Program-made: the position numbers and the translations under genes
Part shown: one piece after another, positions 36,030-45,750 of the stretch
How positions within the stretch are numbered: position 1 is the stretch's first letter
How the letters are laid out: each line of letters opens with the position of its first letter
Virus record (IMG/VR): IMGVR_UViG_3300029288_000080
Coordinates: 113,604-177,603 of that record
Source of the DNA: a virus
Taxonomy: Duplodnaviria; Caudoviricetes
Direction: 5' to 3' (one strand)
Length of the DNA: 64,000 nucleotides
Notes under the pieces: generated by a model
What the model was told of the DNA's origin: nothing
Databases searched by the model: none
Seen by the model: only the letters and a program-made list of their open reading frames with translations

Positions 36030-39008
36030 ATGCCAACTTCCCGTCTAACTCCCGGTCGTCCCGCCATCTGCCAAGCCTGCCCGCTCCAAGAATCAGCGGG
36101 GCTCACTCGTCACTGCTGTTCCGTCCAGCAGGGTCGTGACACCTCCCTGATGATCATCGGGGACCACCCGGTTGACCTACAGCCCCATGGGGCTGAGCCC
36201 TTCACTGACCCAGCGGGTCAGATGCTCCAGCGGGTCATGGGGCAGGTGACCCAAGGGAACAGTGGCGTCGCCTACGGGTACTGTGTGCGGTGCCGCCCGA
36301 TGGACCGGGGCAAGCCTGACAAAACCCGCCCGGCCACCGCCACGGAGGCCAACCACTGCCGGGTCAACGTCGCGAAAGACCTGGCCCTGCTGAAGCCCAA
36401 ACAAGTGGTGTTGCTGGGCCTCGGGGCTGCAAAACTCCTGGCTCAACTGCCCGATGGTTCGGCCGTGTCGGCCAAGGTTCAGTTGGGCGACCTGCGGGGC
36501 CGCGACCTCCACTGCACCGCCCACGACGGCACCAAGATCCCCGTGATCGTCACGTACGACCCGGAGTTCATCCAGCGGAACCCCACGGTCGCGGCGACGT
36601 GGCGCGACGATTTCCTGCGGGCCTGGCTTCGGGGGTCCGGTCGGCTCCCAGACGATTCCCGTGACGGCAAAGTCTACACCCTCGACACCATTGAGAAGGT
36701 TAGGAAGTTTGCCCGGCGGGTCGCGAAACTAAAGCGTGGCGATATTTTGGTCCTGGACTACGAGACCGAGGGACTCGGCCGCGTGGAAAACAAGATCCTG
36801 ACCGCTGGTTTTGCATTTGACCCGGACCACGCCTATGTGATCCCGATGCAGCACCAGGAAGCCCCGTGGTCAGGGCCCGAATACCGAGAAATCGTGGGCT
36901 TGATCAAGCAGATCCTGACCAAGCCGGCTCCCTACTGGATCGGGGGCCACAACCTCAAGTTCGAGTTGCAGGTAACCCGTGGGCAACTGGGTTTTGAGAT
37001 CGACCTACCCTGCTGCGACACCATGTTGAGGGCCCATGCACTCAATCCCGACTACGGTCGGGTGGATAAAAAGTCTCAGGGCCACGACGACGATGCTGTT
37101 GACCAGATTGTAGACACCACCGGGGACATTCAGGTCGGGGGTTTCGGGCTCAAGAGCCAGTCCAAGGAATGCCTGAACTTTCACCACTATGAAGACGAAG
37201 ATGTGGCCGCTACGGTCGGGCGCCGCAACGAAGCGAAGTTGGCGTTACTGCCGCTCGACAAGGTTATCCGGTACAACGGGATTGATGGCTTCGTGACCTT
37301 CCGGCTGAACCACTACCAAGACGTCATGGCCGAGGCCATGGGGTACCGAAAAAAGTTGACTCGGTTGTGCCGTGGCATGCACACCAAGGTCTTGGCCGTC
37401 CTGGTAGAAATGGAAACCAACGGGATCCGGGTGGACAAAGAATACCTCCGGATGTTGCTCCACGACGATTCCATCGTGCAGACCCGAATGCAGGAGATTT
37501 CCCAGGAGTTTTGTGCCCTGCCCTCGGTCCAGGAGGCCAATCGACGCCTCCTGGCCGACAGGTATGGTGGCCAGGCTGGCCTGTGGGGCCAAGGGGCTGG
37601 TGAATCCTGGGTGTTCTCGATGCGGCAAGCTCTGTCCAAGAAAATTTTGCTGATTGACGTCCTGGAGTTGGAGCCCCTAAAGCACACGGCCGCCGGGGCG
37701 GTGTCAATCGACAAAAAATTCCTGGAGAACTACGCCGGGGTCCCGGAAGTAGACCTTCTGGCCGAGTGGACCGCACTCGCAACGATCAAGTCCAGGTATC
37801 TCGTCGGGACCAACAAGGTCATGCTGGCAGACCCGGACATGCGGGATGGGCGAGCCAGGGCGCAGTTCCGGCCAGCCGGCACCATCACGGGGCGGATTTC
37901 GGCCGCCGGGATCAACGTCCTGAACGTGCCGAAAAAGGCCGAGGACGGGTCTAAGAAGGCGTCGGCCTCACTGATCAAGCGGATGTACATCTGCGATCCT
38001 GGTCATGTGATGGTCTGCGGTGACTACTCGCAAGCTGAGGTCCGGTGGCTCGCGGCCCTGACGCAAGACCCCGATATGCTCAAGGCGTTCGGGGCTGCGT
38101 GGGATATGCGGGCCTTGTGTCTCAAGGACCCATCCCCTGAAAATCTCAAGCGGCTGGACGCCGAGGGTGACTTCCACAAGCAAACCGCCTCGATGGTGTT
38201 CGACGTCCCGATCTCCAAGGTTACGAAGGAGCAGCGAGGCCAGTCGAAAGGCGTGGTCTTTGGCCAAATTTATGGTCAAGGATTACCGGCACTTGCAGCG
38301 ATCCTGAAGAAAACCAAGGCCCAGACCGAGGAGTTCATCACGAGGTTCTTCGCGCGCTTCCCCGTGGCCAAAGACGCCTTGGCCCAGATGGCCCAGGACG
38401 GGTTTGAAAATGGGTTTGCCGAGTCCCCGACGGGCCGGCGCAAACAATTCGTCACCAAGATGATCGCGGGGGACGCCCAGGCTCTACAGTATTGTTCTGG
38501 TAAACTACGGTCGCTCCGGGGCCGTGAGGAGCGGGTGGCCCGCAACATGCCGATCCAGGGGATTTCCTCCGACATGAACCTGACGGCCTGCTACCGGATC
38601 ATCCAGTATTACCGACGACACAATCTTCCGTGGCGCCTGATCAACTCGGTCTACGACTCCATCATGCTGGAAGTACCGCGTCAAGATGCCGAGCACTGCG
38701 TCGAGGTGGTGCAGTCCATTATGGAACGGGAAGATTTGCTCGCGGGATTTGGGATTGACCCAGGACTCAGGTTCCTGGCGGAAATGTCCGTCGGGACCCA
38801 CTGGGGCAACCAGGTGGACATCACGGCAGGCGAGCAGCAGTGGAAGGTGGGGTGCAGGTCCTGCAAAAAGTCCCGCGAGGAGAAAAAGAAGCCGACCAAC
38901 CATCGGTGCGAATCATGTGGGTCCACCGACGTATACCTCGAGTTGATCAAGGGGCCACATGATTTGGCGTTTAAGTGGCTGGATCGCCAACTCAGGGGCA
39001 AGGCGTGA
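36030..39008 (+). CDS. polA: family A DNA polymerase with N-terminal uracil-DNA-glycosylase-like domain, 3'-5' exonuclease and C-terminal Zn finger
   Basis: UDG4-like CQACPL...PF..PAGQML...CRP...C; Exo LDYETEG, HNLKFE, YNGID; Pol TGRIS, DYSQAEVR, RGQSKGVVFGQIYG, NMPIQG, VYDS; C-terminal CRSC...CESC. Confidence 0.92.
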   Translation: MPTSRLTPGRPAICQACPLQESAGLTRHCCSVQQGRDTSLMIIGDHPVDLQPHGAEPFTDPAGQMLQRVMGQVTQGNSGVAYGYCVRCRPMDRGKPDKTRPATATEANHCRVNVAKDLALLKPKQVVLLGLGAAKLLAQLPDGSAVSAKVQLGDLRGRDLHCTAHDGTKIPVIVTYDPEFIQRNPTVAATWRDDFLRAWLRGSGRLPDDSRDGKVYTLDTIEKVRKFARRVAKLKRGDILVLDYETEGLGRVENKILTAGFAFDPDHAYVIPMQHQEAPWSGPEYREIVGLIKQILTKPAPYWIGGHNLKFELQVTRGQLGFEIDLPCCDTMLRAHALNPDYGRVDKKSQGHDDDAVDQIVDTTGDIQVGGFGLKSQSKECLNFHHYEDEDVAATVGRRNEAKLALLPLDKVIRYNGIDGFVTFRLNHYQDVMAEAMGYRKKLTRLCRGMHTKVLAVLVEMETNGIRVDKEYLRMLLHDDSIVQTRMQEISQEFCALPSVQEANRRLLADRYGGQAGLWGQGAGESWVFSMRQALSKKILLIDVLELEPLKHTAAGAVSIDKKFLENYAGVPEVDLLAEWTALATIKSRYLVGTNKVMLADPDMRDGRARAQFRPAGTITGRISAAGINVLNVPKKAEDGSKKASASLIKRMYICDPGHVMVCGDYSQAEVRWLAALTQDPDMLKAFGAAWDMRALCLKDPSPENLKRLDAEGDFHKQTASMVFDVPISKVTKEQRGQSKGVVFGQIYGQGLPALAAILKKTKAQTEEFITRFFARFPVAKDALAQMAQDGFENGFAESPTGRRKQFVTKMIAGDAQALQYCSGKLRSLRGREERVARNMPIQGISSDMNLTACYRIIQYYRRHNLPWRLINSVYDSIMLEVPRQDAEHCVEVVQSIMEREDLLAGFGIDPGLRFLAEMSVGTHWGNQVDITAGEQQWKVGCRSCKKSREEKKKPTNHRCESCGSTDVYLELIKGPHDLAFKWLDRQLRGKA

Positions 39009-39226
39009 TCGAGTTACCGGTCAAGGTAGTGGACTGTGCTGTCTGCCATGCCGTGGATCAACTTATCTTGACCTTCGAGGCCACTGGGTTCGGAGCACTT
39101 TATCGTGTGGTGTGCCCAGGATGTGGCTACTCGGCCCCGCCGAACAAAACCGAAGAAAAAGCCGTGGCCCGGTGGAACTCGTGCCAGTCCAGCCGCGGTA
39201 GGGTAAAACGAAATAAAGAAAAATGA
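39005..39226 (+). CDS. Lar-like (restriction alleviation family) zinc-ribbon protein
   Basis: CAVC...YRVVCPGCG...TEEKAVARWN. Confidence 0.6.
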   Translation: MIELPVKVVDCAVCHAVDQLILTFEATGFGALYRVVCPGCGYSAPPNKTEEKAVARWNSCQSSRGRVKRNKEK

Positions 39227-40461
39227 CATGGTTCATCACACCGCAGTTAATGCAGCAGTACCGTCTGGCTTGCGAGAAATCGCCTTGTTTGCCGGAGCAG
39301 GTGGAGGAATCCTCGGCGGACATCTCCTCGGGTGGAAAACAGTCTGCGCCGTCGAAATCACGCCGTACGCCCGGGAAGTCTTGTTCGCCCGACAGGCCGA
39401 CGGAACTCTTGAACCCTTCCCCGTCTGGGACGACATCCGTACTTTTGACGGACGCGCTTGGCGAGGCTATTGTGACGTGGTTTCGGGAGGATTTCCTTGC
39501 CAGGATGTCAGCTCGGCCGGAAAAGGTGCCGGTATTGACGGCGAAAGATCAGGACTCTGGGGCGAGATGGCGCGGGTCATCGGTGAGGTGCAACCCCGAT
39601 GGGTCTGGGTGGAAAATAGCCCATTGCTGGTTTCCAGAGGACTTGTCAGAGTCGTCCGTGACCTTACCACGCTGGGGTATAGTTGTGCGTGGGGACGTGT
39701 GGGAGCCTGGCAAGTCAGTGCCCCGCATCGTCGAGATCGATTCTGGCTCATCGGAAATCGTGAGTGCCCAGAGTAATGTCAGGGTTCCTTGGCCAACCCC
39801 CATGGTCACGGATGCTAAAAACAAAGGTGGAAAAGGGCAACTACGCCGTAAGTATCCACCGCTCAATGCCGTCGTCGGGATTGAGCGGTCCAGCAAGGCT
39901 ACCGAGGCGTTGGCCTGGCCAACGCCTCAGTCCCGAGACTACAAAGGGGCACCAGGAAAGGGCTGTGTTGAGCGTGGCGGACACCAGTCAAGTTTACCAA
40001 TGAAGATTGGGCAAGTCACCGAGGCGTTGGCCAGGCCAACGCCTCGGTCCTGTACCGCCACGGCCGCCACCATCACGGAGCAGGCACAACAATGTGCTGC
40101 TGACCGTTTCCCTAATCTGGAAACCGTGATGGTCCAGCGGGAACATGGGGCAGTCGGGGGTGCCTTGAATCCAGCATGGGTGGAGTGGCTCATGAACTGG
40201 CCCGTGGGTTGGACCAACCTGAAACCTATCCGGGGATTTAACCGCTGGCGTCGCAAAACCATGGAATCCTCCTGGTGGGCCCGAGATCCAGCCGACGAAC
40301 CCGATACCAAGGTGCCGCGCATATCCGTGGGGAAACTGCACCGAGTTGACCGACTCAAGGCCATCGGGAACGGTCAAGTGCCCCTCTGCTGTGCCTTGGC
40401 ATTCCTGACGCTCCAGCGGGAGTTACTGACATTTTTGAAAAATCACCCTTCCGGTCGGTAA
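39223..40461 (+). CDS. overlapping-frame partner of the C5-MTase, carrying TRD (WPTP repeats) and motifs IX-X
   Basis: WPTP units, LNPAWVEWLMNWP, RLKAIGNGQVP; 5' half overlaps the catalytic ORF in another frame. Confidence 0.75.
   Translation: MTWFITPQLMQQYRLACEKSPCLPEQVEESSADISSGGKQSAPSKSRRTPGKSCSPDRPTELLNPSPSGTTSVLLTDALGEAIVTWFREDFLARMSARPEKVPVLTAKDQDSGARWRGSSVRCNPDGSGWKIAHCWFPEDLSESSVTLPRWGIVVRGDVWEPGKSVPRIVEIDSGSSEIVSAQSNVRVPWPTPMVTDAKNKGGKGQLRRKYPPLNAVVGIERSSKATEALAWPTPQSRDYKGAPGKGCVERGGHQSSLPMKIGQVTEALARPTPRSCTATAATITEQAQQCAADRFPNLETVMVQREHGAVGGALNPAWVEWLMNWPVGWTNLKPIRGFNRWRRKTMESSWWARDPADEPDTKVPRISVGKLHRVDRLKAIGNGQVPLCCALAFLTLQRELLTFLKNHPSGR
39228..39776 (+). CDS. C5-cytosine DNA methyltransferase, catalytic N-terminal part (motifs I-VIII)
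   Basis: LFAGAGG, GGFPCQD, WVENSP, HRRDRFW; stops before the TRD. Confidence 0.88.
   Translation: MVHHTAVNAAVPSGLREIALFAGAGGGILGGHLLGWKTVCAVEITPYAREVLFARQADGTLEPFPVWDDIRTFDGRAWRGYCDVVSGGFPCQDVSSAGKGAGIDGERSGLWGEMARVIGEVQPRWVWVENSPLLVSRGLVRVVRDLTTLGYSCAWGRVGAWQVSAPHRRDRFWLIGNRECPE
39901..39931. repeat. 31-bp near-perfect palindrome, copy 1
   Basis: ACCGAGGCGTTGGCC-T-GGCCAACGCCTCAGT. Confidence 0.9.
40018..40048. repeat. 31-bp perfect palindrome, copy 2
   Basis: ACCGAGGCGTTGGCC-A-GGCCAACGCCTCGGT. Confidence 0.9.
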
Positions 40462-40491
40462 AATACCCCCAACTTCCCTCAAAGGACTTCC

Positions 40492-42060
40492 ATGCCTGAC
40501 CAAAAATGTACCCCTTTTGATGAACAATGGCTTCGGCTCCAACCCTGGCAGGTTTCATTCCTGCTGGCTCCCTGTCGGTGTAAAGCCCCGGTCAAGATGG
40601 TGTGGACCTTGCCCGGAGATTTCCCGGCCATTATCTGCACCACCTGTAACTACGGGATTGTCGGCGACACCGTCGAACAGGTGGTGCTGCGGCACAACCA
40701 TGAGCGTGCCGTTGTCTCCGACGTCAAGTCCTCGCATTTCCCCACTGCTGACCTACAACTCCATTACGCCGTGGACCTCTTGGTCGCGCTGTTGCCCTGT
40801 CGAGAAGTCCAGGACGGCATCGATGCCCTGGTCCACCAGGGAAAACTCCCGGCCGACAAACCCTACTGTGTCCATCGGGCTGGCCCGGCCCATTGTGCTG
40901 GGTTGGAAAAAGACTTCGCTGAGTTGAGCGGCACCCTGGCCAACCTGGTCTTGAAGGATGCCAAAGCCGGTAGCATTCTGAAATCCGGCCAGACCGTGGA
41001 GCAGGCCAAAGCACTGGACGACGCAAGTCATAAATACTGGTCTGAGATCAACGAACGGGCCAAAAAGAACGTTCAAGAGCATCCCGACACCGTAGACTTG
41101 GATAATGCGCGGGGGAAAAAAGCCGCCCAAGCCAAACTGGCCAAGATGTCCCGTGAACAGATCTTGGTCGGGATGTCGCTCAAGGATTTTTATTCCACTG
41201 AATGTGGTGCAATCCCGAAAGTCAGCGAGGCCGAATGGAGAGTCCTCATCCAGGACCGTTTGAAGCAACTGGACGAGCTGGACCGCCGCGTTGCCGAGAA
41301 AAAGGCCAAGATGGCCACACCGTCGGGCCTCAAGACCGCCACGGTGAAAAAGCCGACCAAGACGACGGTCAAGAAGGGCGTGGTGCCGGCACCACCGGCC
41401 CGTAAATCCATCCAGGCCAGGGTGCCGTGCATCGCCGACGAGAACGAGAAAATCCAGGCCATGCACCTGCCGCCCAAGGGGTCGATAATCTTGGTGCTCG
41501 GTAGCGACGAGGCAGTTGCCGCCCAGCAGGCTGCCCAGAAGACCAAGGTTCTTGCCGAGCAAGACAAGGCCAAGGAGCAGGACGACCATGATCCCAAGGC
41601 TACCGAGGCACTCCAGACCAAGCTCCGGTCAATCGCGAAGGTTGCACTGCAGCGAAGCGGTAACATCCTGGTCAAGTCCCAGACCCAAGTGATCCGGGTG
41701 CTGTATCGTGAACAGGGTAACCTGTACGAAATCTCAAGCATCCTGGGGAATCCCCACGGATTCGTGGTGCAGCGGGTCGTGTATGTGGCGGGGGTTTCAA
41801 ATGTCCCCACTAAACTGCCCGGCCAAGACATGGAAGCGGTCCTGGGGATCGCGACCCCCGGGCCCAACAACGAGATGAACAACACCGTCTGGTATGACCG
41901 GATTGACCTACGGCCCCGCGACGGTACCGTCGCGGCAGGACCGTCGCTGCATCTTTGCTGTCACAATGTTGAAGCCCAGGTTTCCGCTGGCCCCACGTTA
42001 GCCTCTATCGTTGACACCACCAAGCCGGCTGAGCCGGAGAAAGACCAGTCCAATGCGTAG
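40492..42060 (+). CDS. multi-domain hypothetical protein
   Basis: AAGGA RBS, 522 aa, Lys-rich linker. Confidence 0.7.
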   Translation: MPDQKCTPFDEQWLRLQPWQVSFLLAPCRCKAPVKMVWTLPGDFPAIICTTCNYGIVGDTVEQVVLRHNHERAVVSDVKSSHFPTADLQLHYAVDLLVALLPCREVQDGIDALVHQGKLPADKPYCVHRAGPAHCAGLEKDFAELSGTLANLVLKDAKAGSILKSGQTVEQAKALDDASHKYWSEINERAKKNVQEHPDTVDLDNARGKKAAQAKLAKMSREQILVGMSLKDFYSTECGAIPKVSEAEWRVLIQDRLKQLDELDRRVAEKKAKMATPSGLKTATVKKPTKTTVKKGVVPAPPARKSIQARVPCIADENEKIQAMHLPPKGSIILVLGSDEAVAAQQAAQKTKVLAEQDKAKEQDDHDPKATEALQTKLRSIAKVALQRSGNILVKSQTQVIRVLYREQGNLYEISSILGNPHGFVVQRVVYVAGVSNVPTKLPGQDMEAVLGIATPGPNNEMNNTVWYDRIDLRPRDGTVAAGPSLHLCCHNVEAQVSAGPTLASIVDTTKPAEPEKDQSNA

Positions 42061-42508
42061 TTTCATTATCGTCAGTGCTCTGTTGCTCGCGAGTTGCATG
42101 GATCCCTATACGACGGCCCGCCAGACCATCCTGGTGGCCAAGAATGTCGTGACCGTCGCGGACGCGGGATTCCAGACCTTCTGGGACGCCAAGCAGGCCG
42201 AGTGCCTCAAGCAGTTCCCGGCCCAGGACCCCCAGTATGCTGCGTGCGTCAAGCAGGTCAAGGACGTGATGGCAACCTGGACGATCTCCAAACGAATCGC
42301 CGATGCCTCGTGGGCCGAGGCCGAGGCCATCATCACGGCGGCCGAGCAGAAGCACCAGGGTCTGCCGGTTGACTGGATGACTCCGGCGACTCGAGGGATC
42401 TGTGTCGTGGCCCAGGCGTTGGAGTTCCTGCCAGCGTCGGTCAAGCAGCACATCCAAGGGATCCTCGCGCTGGTCAAGCACTACACCTGTGCACCCGCCG
42501 CCAAGTAG
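42053..42508 (+). CDS. predicted lipoprotein
   Basis: MRSFIIVSALLLASC lipobox. Confidence 0.75.
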   Translation: MRSFIIVSALLLASCMDPYTTARQTILVAKNVVTVADAGFQTFWDAKQAECLKQFPAQDPQYAACVKQVKDVMATWTISKRIADASWAEAEAIITAAEQKHQGLPVDWMTPATRGICVVAQALEFLPASVKQHIQGILALVKHYTCAPAAK

Positions 42509-42558
42509 TTCTTGCTCCCATACCATTCTGGTGCTACCCTACTTGTCCGGAGGTCGTC

Positions 42559-43005
42559 GTGCCTGACAAACCCGTACCGGACAAAGAATCCCATCCGTTC
42601 AATCTCATCGGTCACTTCAGGTCAGAAATGTACCGGCAATACCGAGCGTTGCTCAACGCCAGCACTTGGCTCCCGATGGACCAGTTGGAACCGAATAGAC
42701 TCTACTGGGTCTATGCCCGTAACGCCTACCAGGGCATCTGGAGTCCCCAGGATCGCGGGTTTTGCATCTTGCGGGAAAAGTTTGGTTCCCGATACCTTTT
42801 CACCGAATACCACTGGGACACCGGCAAGCCCTTCGGGACGGTCAAACCGTTTGGCCTTGTTGATGGCGAGGGGCCATTTGACCTGCAGGACCCTGACGGC
42901 ACTTTCGCCCGACTTGACCTACTGGACCGTCTCCACGACGAGCCAGAGAAAATCGGGTTGGTCACGATGGCCCTTGATACCCTGCTCGGTAAAATCTGCC
43001 CGTAA
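42559..43005 (+). CDS. hypothetical protein
   Basis: GGAGG RBS, GTG start. Confidence 0.7.
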   Translation: MPDKPVPDKESHPFNLIGHFRSEMYRQYRALLNASTWLPMDQLEPNRLYWVYARNAYQGIWSPQDRGFCILREKFGSRYLFTEYHWDTGKPFGTVKPFGLVDGEGPFDLQDPDGTFARLDLLDRLHDEPEKIGLVTMALDTLLGKICP

Positions 43006-43052
43006 TCCCAACCATTAAGCTAGATTTAATGGTTCCGCACCCCGAGGTCCAG

Positions 43053-43859
43053 ATGGCCAAAAAGCGAAACGACGAAGAACAATGGCGTGATGTCCCTGGA
43101 TACGAGGGTCTGTACCAAGTTTCTTCGTGGGGCAAAGTCAAAAGTCTAAGCCGCCAAACCCGGAATGGCCCAGGTGACAACCACTGGATGTGGTCCAAAG
43201 ACCGGATTTTGGCTGCACCAATAGATGCTCGCGGATATCGCTATGTAGGACTACCGCGTTTTGCTGCTGACGGACAGGCCACCTGCACGTATAAAAATCA
43301 TCGCGTGCACTTACTTGTCCTGGCAGCATTCGTGGGGCCCTTACCCCAGGACCAGATGGGCCGGCATTTAGACAACAATAAACTAAACAACAGATTAGAC
43401 AATCTTGCCTATGGAACCCACCAAGACAACATGAACGACAAGTTCGTTCATGGCACTAATCCAGCAGGTTCAAAAAATCCTGGGAGTAAACTAAGCGAAG
43501 ACGATGTATTGGCGATACGAAATGCTTTTGTTCGTGGTGCCACCCAAACCAGTCTAGCGCTAGAATACCACGTGAGCGTCGGTAGCGTGTGCAATATCGT
43601 GCATGGCAAGTCATGGCAGCATGTCACGATGCCACCTAAGCTGCTGCGGTACTTAGAACAGCACCCTGTTTCAGCAAGCTACCGTCACCGCGGTGACAGA
43701 CGAGTCATGACTGAAGCGCAGGTCGTAGAGATACGACAATGGTATGATCGGCATAAAAAGTCCGTCGCGAGCACCGCGCGGCACTTTAGCCTTCCGTATG
43801 GCAGCGTAAGAGGCATCATTACTGGTCGTACCTGGCGATCCTTGCTGGAGCAAAAATAA
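43053..43859 (+). CDS. NUMOD4-HNH homing endonuclease with two C-terminal HTH modules
   Basis: EQWRDVPGYEGLYQVSSWGKVKS; VHLLVLAAF..HLDNNKLNNRLDNL; KLSEDDV..IR. Confidence 0.9.
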   Translation: MAKKRNDEEQWRDVPGYEGLYQVSSWGKVKSLSRQTRNGPGDNHWMWSKDRILAAPIDARGYRYVGLPRFAADGQATCTYKNHRVHLLVLAAFVGPLPQDQMGRHLDNNKLNNRLDNLAYGTHQDNMNDKFVHGTNPAGSKNPGSKLSEDDVLAIRNAFVRGATQTSLALEYHVSVGSVCNIVHGKSWQHVTMPPKLLRYLEQHPVSASYRHRGDRRVMTEAQVVEIRQWYDRHKKSVASTARHFSLPYGSVRGIITGRTWRSLLEQK

Positions 43860-45718
43860 TGCCTGTGAAAAAATACGGCGCTGCCGAAATCCAAGTTCTT
43901 GAGGGACTGGAGCACATTCGTAAGCGTGTAGGAATGTATATCCCCGACACTGGACCTGCCGGGGTCCACCACCTTCTTCATGAAGCTGTTGATAATGCCG
44001 TGGACGAGTTCCTAGATGGCCACGTTGACGAAATCAGCGTCACATTGCTGCCAGATGGTGCTGTTGTTCAAGATAATGGCCGTGGGATTCCAGTGGAACA
44101 TCATGAGCAGGCCAACTGTTCCACCTTGGAAGCTGTGTTCACGCTGCTTCATGCAGGTGGCAAGTTCAAAAAAGGCGCCTACACCAGCGCTACCGGGGGG
44201 ACTTTCGGCGTAGGTATAAAAACTCTAACGGCGCTCTCGTCCCACATGGTTGCCACGACTGTGCGGGATGGAAAATGTTGGCAACAGCAGTACCATCAGG
44301 GCAAGCCCACCACTAAAGTCCAGCGGGTTAAATCCGACTTGGCCGCTGGTGTCAGGGTGGAGTTTCACCCCGACCCAACCATTTTCGGCGAGTGGAAATG
44401 GCAGCCCCGGAAGGTCGCGGCCTGGCTCCAGGACACCGCGTGGTTGTGCCCTGGCCTGACCATTATCCTGACCGTCGGGGACAAATCAGTCCGGTACCAT
44501 AGCCCCGACGGACTCGCTGGATTACTACGGCACGAAACCCCCGACGCCGTGGTCCAGGGCGACGTGGTAGAAATCCACGTTGAAGGGGTCGTGGACGCGG
44601 CGTTCTGCTGGACCGACGTGGAAGGCGAGCACTGGCGTTCCTGGGTCAACGTGGTGAACACCCCGGGCCACGGGGTCCACGTCAAAGGCGCCACCAGGGC
44701 GATCCAGGATTTTCTCCAGGAGTTGTCCGACCAGAAGATCCGGGGTGAGGATCTTCGCGATGGCCTCGTGGGTGCCATTCATGTCCGCACCCTGGAGCCG
44801 AAATTTCAGGGCCAGACCAAGCAACGGTTGGACAACCCCGAGGTCGAGACCCAGGTCTACGGGATTGTCCTGCAGCACCTCCGGGACCACCGAGCAGCCC
44901 TGCAGGACCAATGCTTGGCCATCGTGGCCAGGGCCAAGAGGATCCAGGACGCCCGCCAGAAGTTCCGGGCGGAACAGTCGGCCATCAAGAACGTCAAGGT
45001 CAAGCGAGGAGCCCGGGGGCTCCTACCGGACAAACTCGTAGAGGCCCCTGACTGTACGGCTGACGAGCGGGAACTCTACATCGTGGAGGGTGATTCGGCC
45101 GGCGGCACCGTCAAGAAGGCCAGGATCCGAAAACGCCGAGGCAAGGGTGACCACGAATACCACTACCAGGAGGTCTTTCAACTCCGGGGCAAGGTAGCGA
45201 ACGCAGCCCGAAAAGGCGAGGTTGAGGACCTGCTGAAAAACCAGGAGGTCAAGGACCTGATCACCGCGATTGGCGCTGGGATTGGTGACTCGTTTGACCT
45301 GACGAAGTGTCGGTACCGACACGTCTACCTCCTGGCCGACGCCGACCCTGATGGCAAGCACATCGTCGCGTTGCTCCTGGGACTGTTCGCCCGGTATTTC
45401 CCAACGTTGATTTCCGCCGGGATTATCCGGGTGGTCCTGAACCCCCTGTTCATGGGGGTCACGGCGACCAGCAGGGTCTACGGCGATTCAGTCGAGGAAA
45501 TCCGAGCAACCCTGGGGGGCAAGCAAAACATCAGGATCACGCGGTTCAAGGGCCTGGGCGAGTCCAACGCGTCTGACCTCCAAGCCTACGCGCTTCACCC
45601 CAAGACCCGCCGGGTCCTGCAGGTGGAATGGGATGACAAGCACGACGCCAAGTTGGTCCAGCGGTACATGGGGCTCGACGTCACGGCCCGGAGGGAAATC
45701 CTCGGGATTGTCGATTAA
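43859..45718 (+). CDS. type IIA topoisomerase B subunit (GyrB/ParE-like)
   Basis: GLEHIRKRVGMYI, EAVDNAVDE, DNGRGIP, LHAGGKF, VEGDSAGG, LRGK, DADPDG, RFKGLGE. Confidence 0.95.
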   Translation: MPVKKYGAAEIQVLEGLEHIRKRVGMYIPDTGPAGVHHLLHEAVDNAVDEFLDGHVDEISVTLLPDGAVVQDNGRGIPVEHHEQANCSTLEAVFTLLHAGGKFKKGAYTSATGGTFGVGIKTLTALSSHMVATTVRDGKCWQQQYHQGKPTTKVQRVKSDLAAGVRVEFHPDPTIFGEWKWQPRKVAAWLQDTAWLCPGLTIILTVGDKSVRYHSPDGLAGLLRHETPDAVVQGDVVEIHVEGVVDAAFCWTDVEGEHWRSWVNVVNTPGHGVHVKGATRAIQDFLQELSDQKIRGEDLRDGLVGAIHVRTLEPKFQGQTKQRLDNPEVETQVYGIVLQHLRDHRAALQDQCLAIVARAKRIQDARQKFRAEQSAIKNVKVKRGARGLLPDKLVEAPDCTADERELYIVEGDSAGGTVKKARIRKRRGKGDHEYHYQEVFQLRGKVANAARKGEVEDLLKNQEVKDLITAIGAGIGDSFDLTKCRYRHVYLLADADPDGKHIVALLLGLFARYFPTLISAGIIRVVLNPLFMGVTATSRVYGDSVEEIRATLGGKQNIRITRFKGLGESNASDLQAYALHPKTRRVLQVEWDDKHDAKLVQRYMGLDVTARREILGIVD

Positions 45719-45721
45719 GTG

Positions 45722-45750
45722 TTGACAACGGCAATCCGCCGGTGTACAAC
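45722..45750 (+). promoter_or_regulatory. sigma70-like promoter (leaderless geometry, ATG 45757)
   Basis: TTGACA-N17-TACAAC. Confidence 0.7.
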
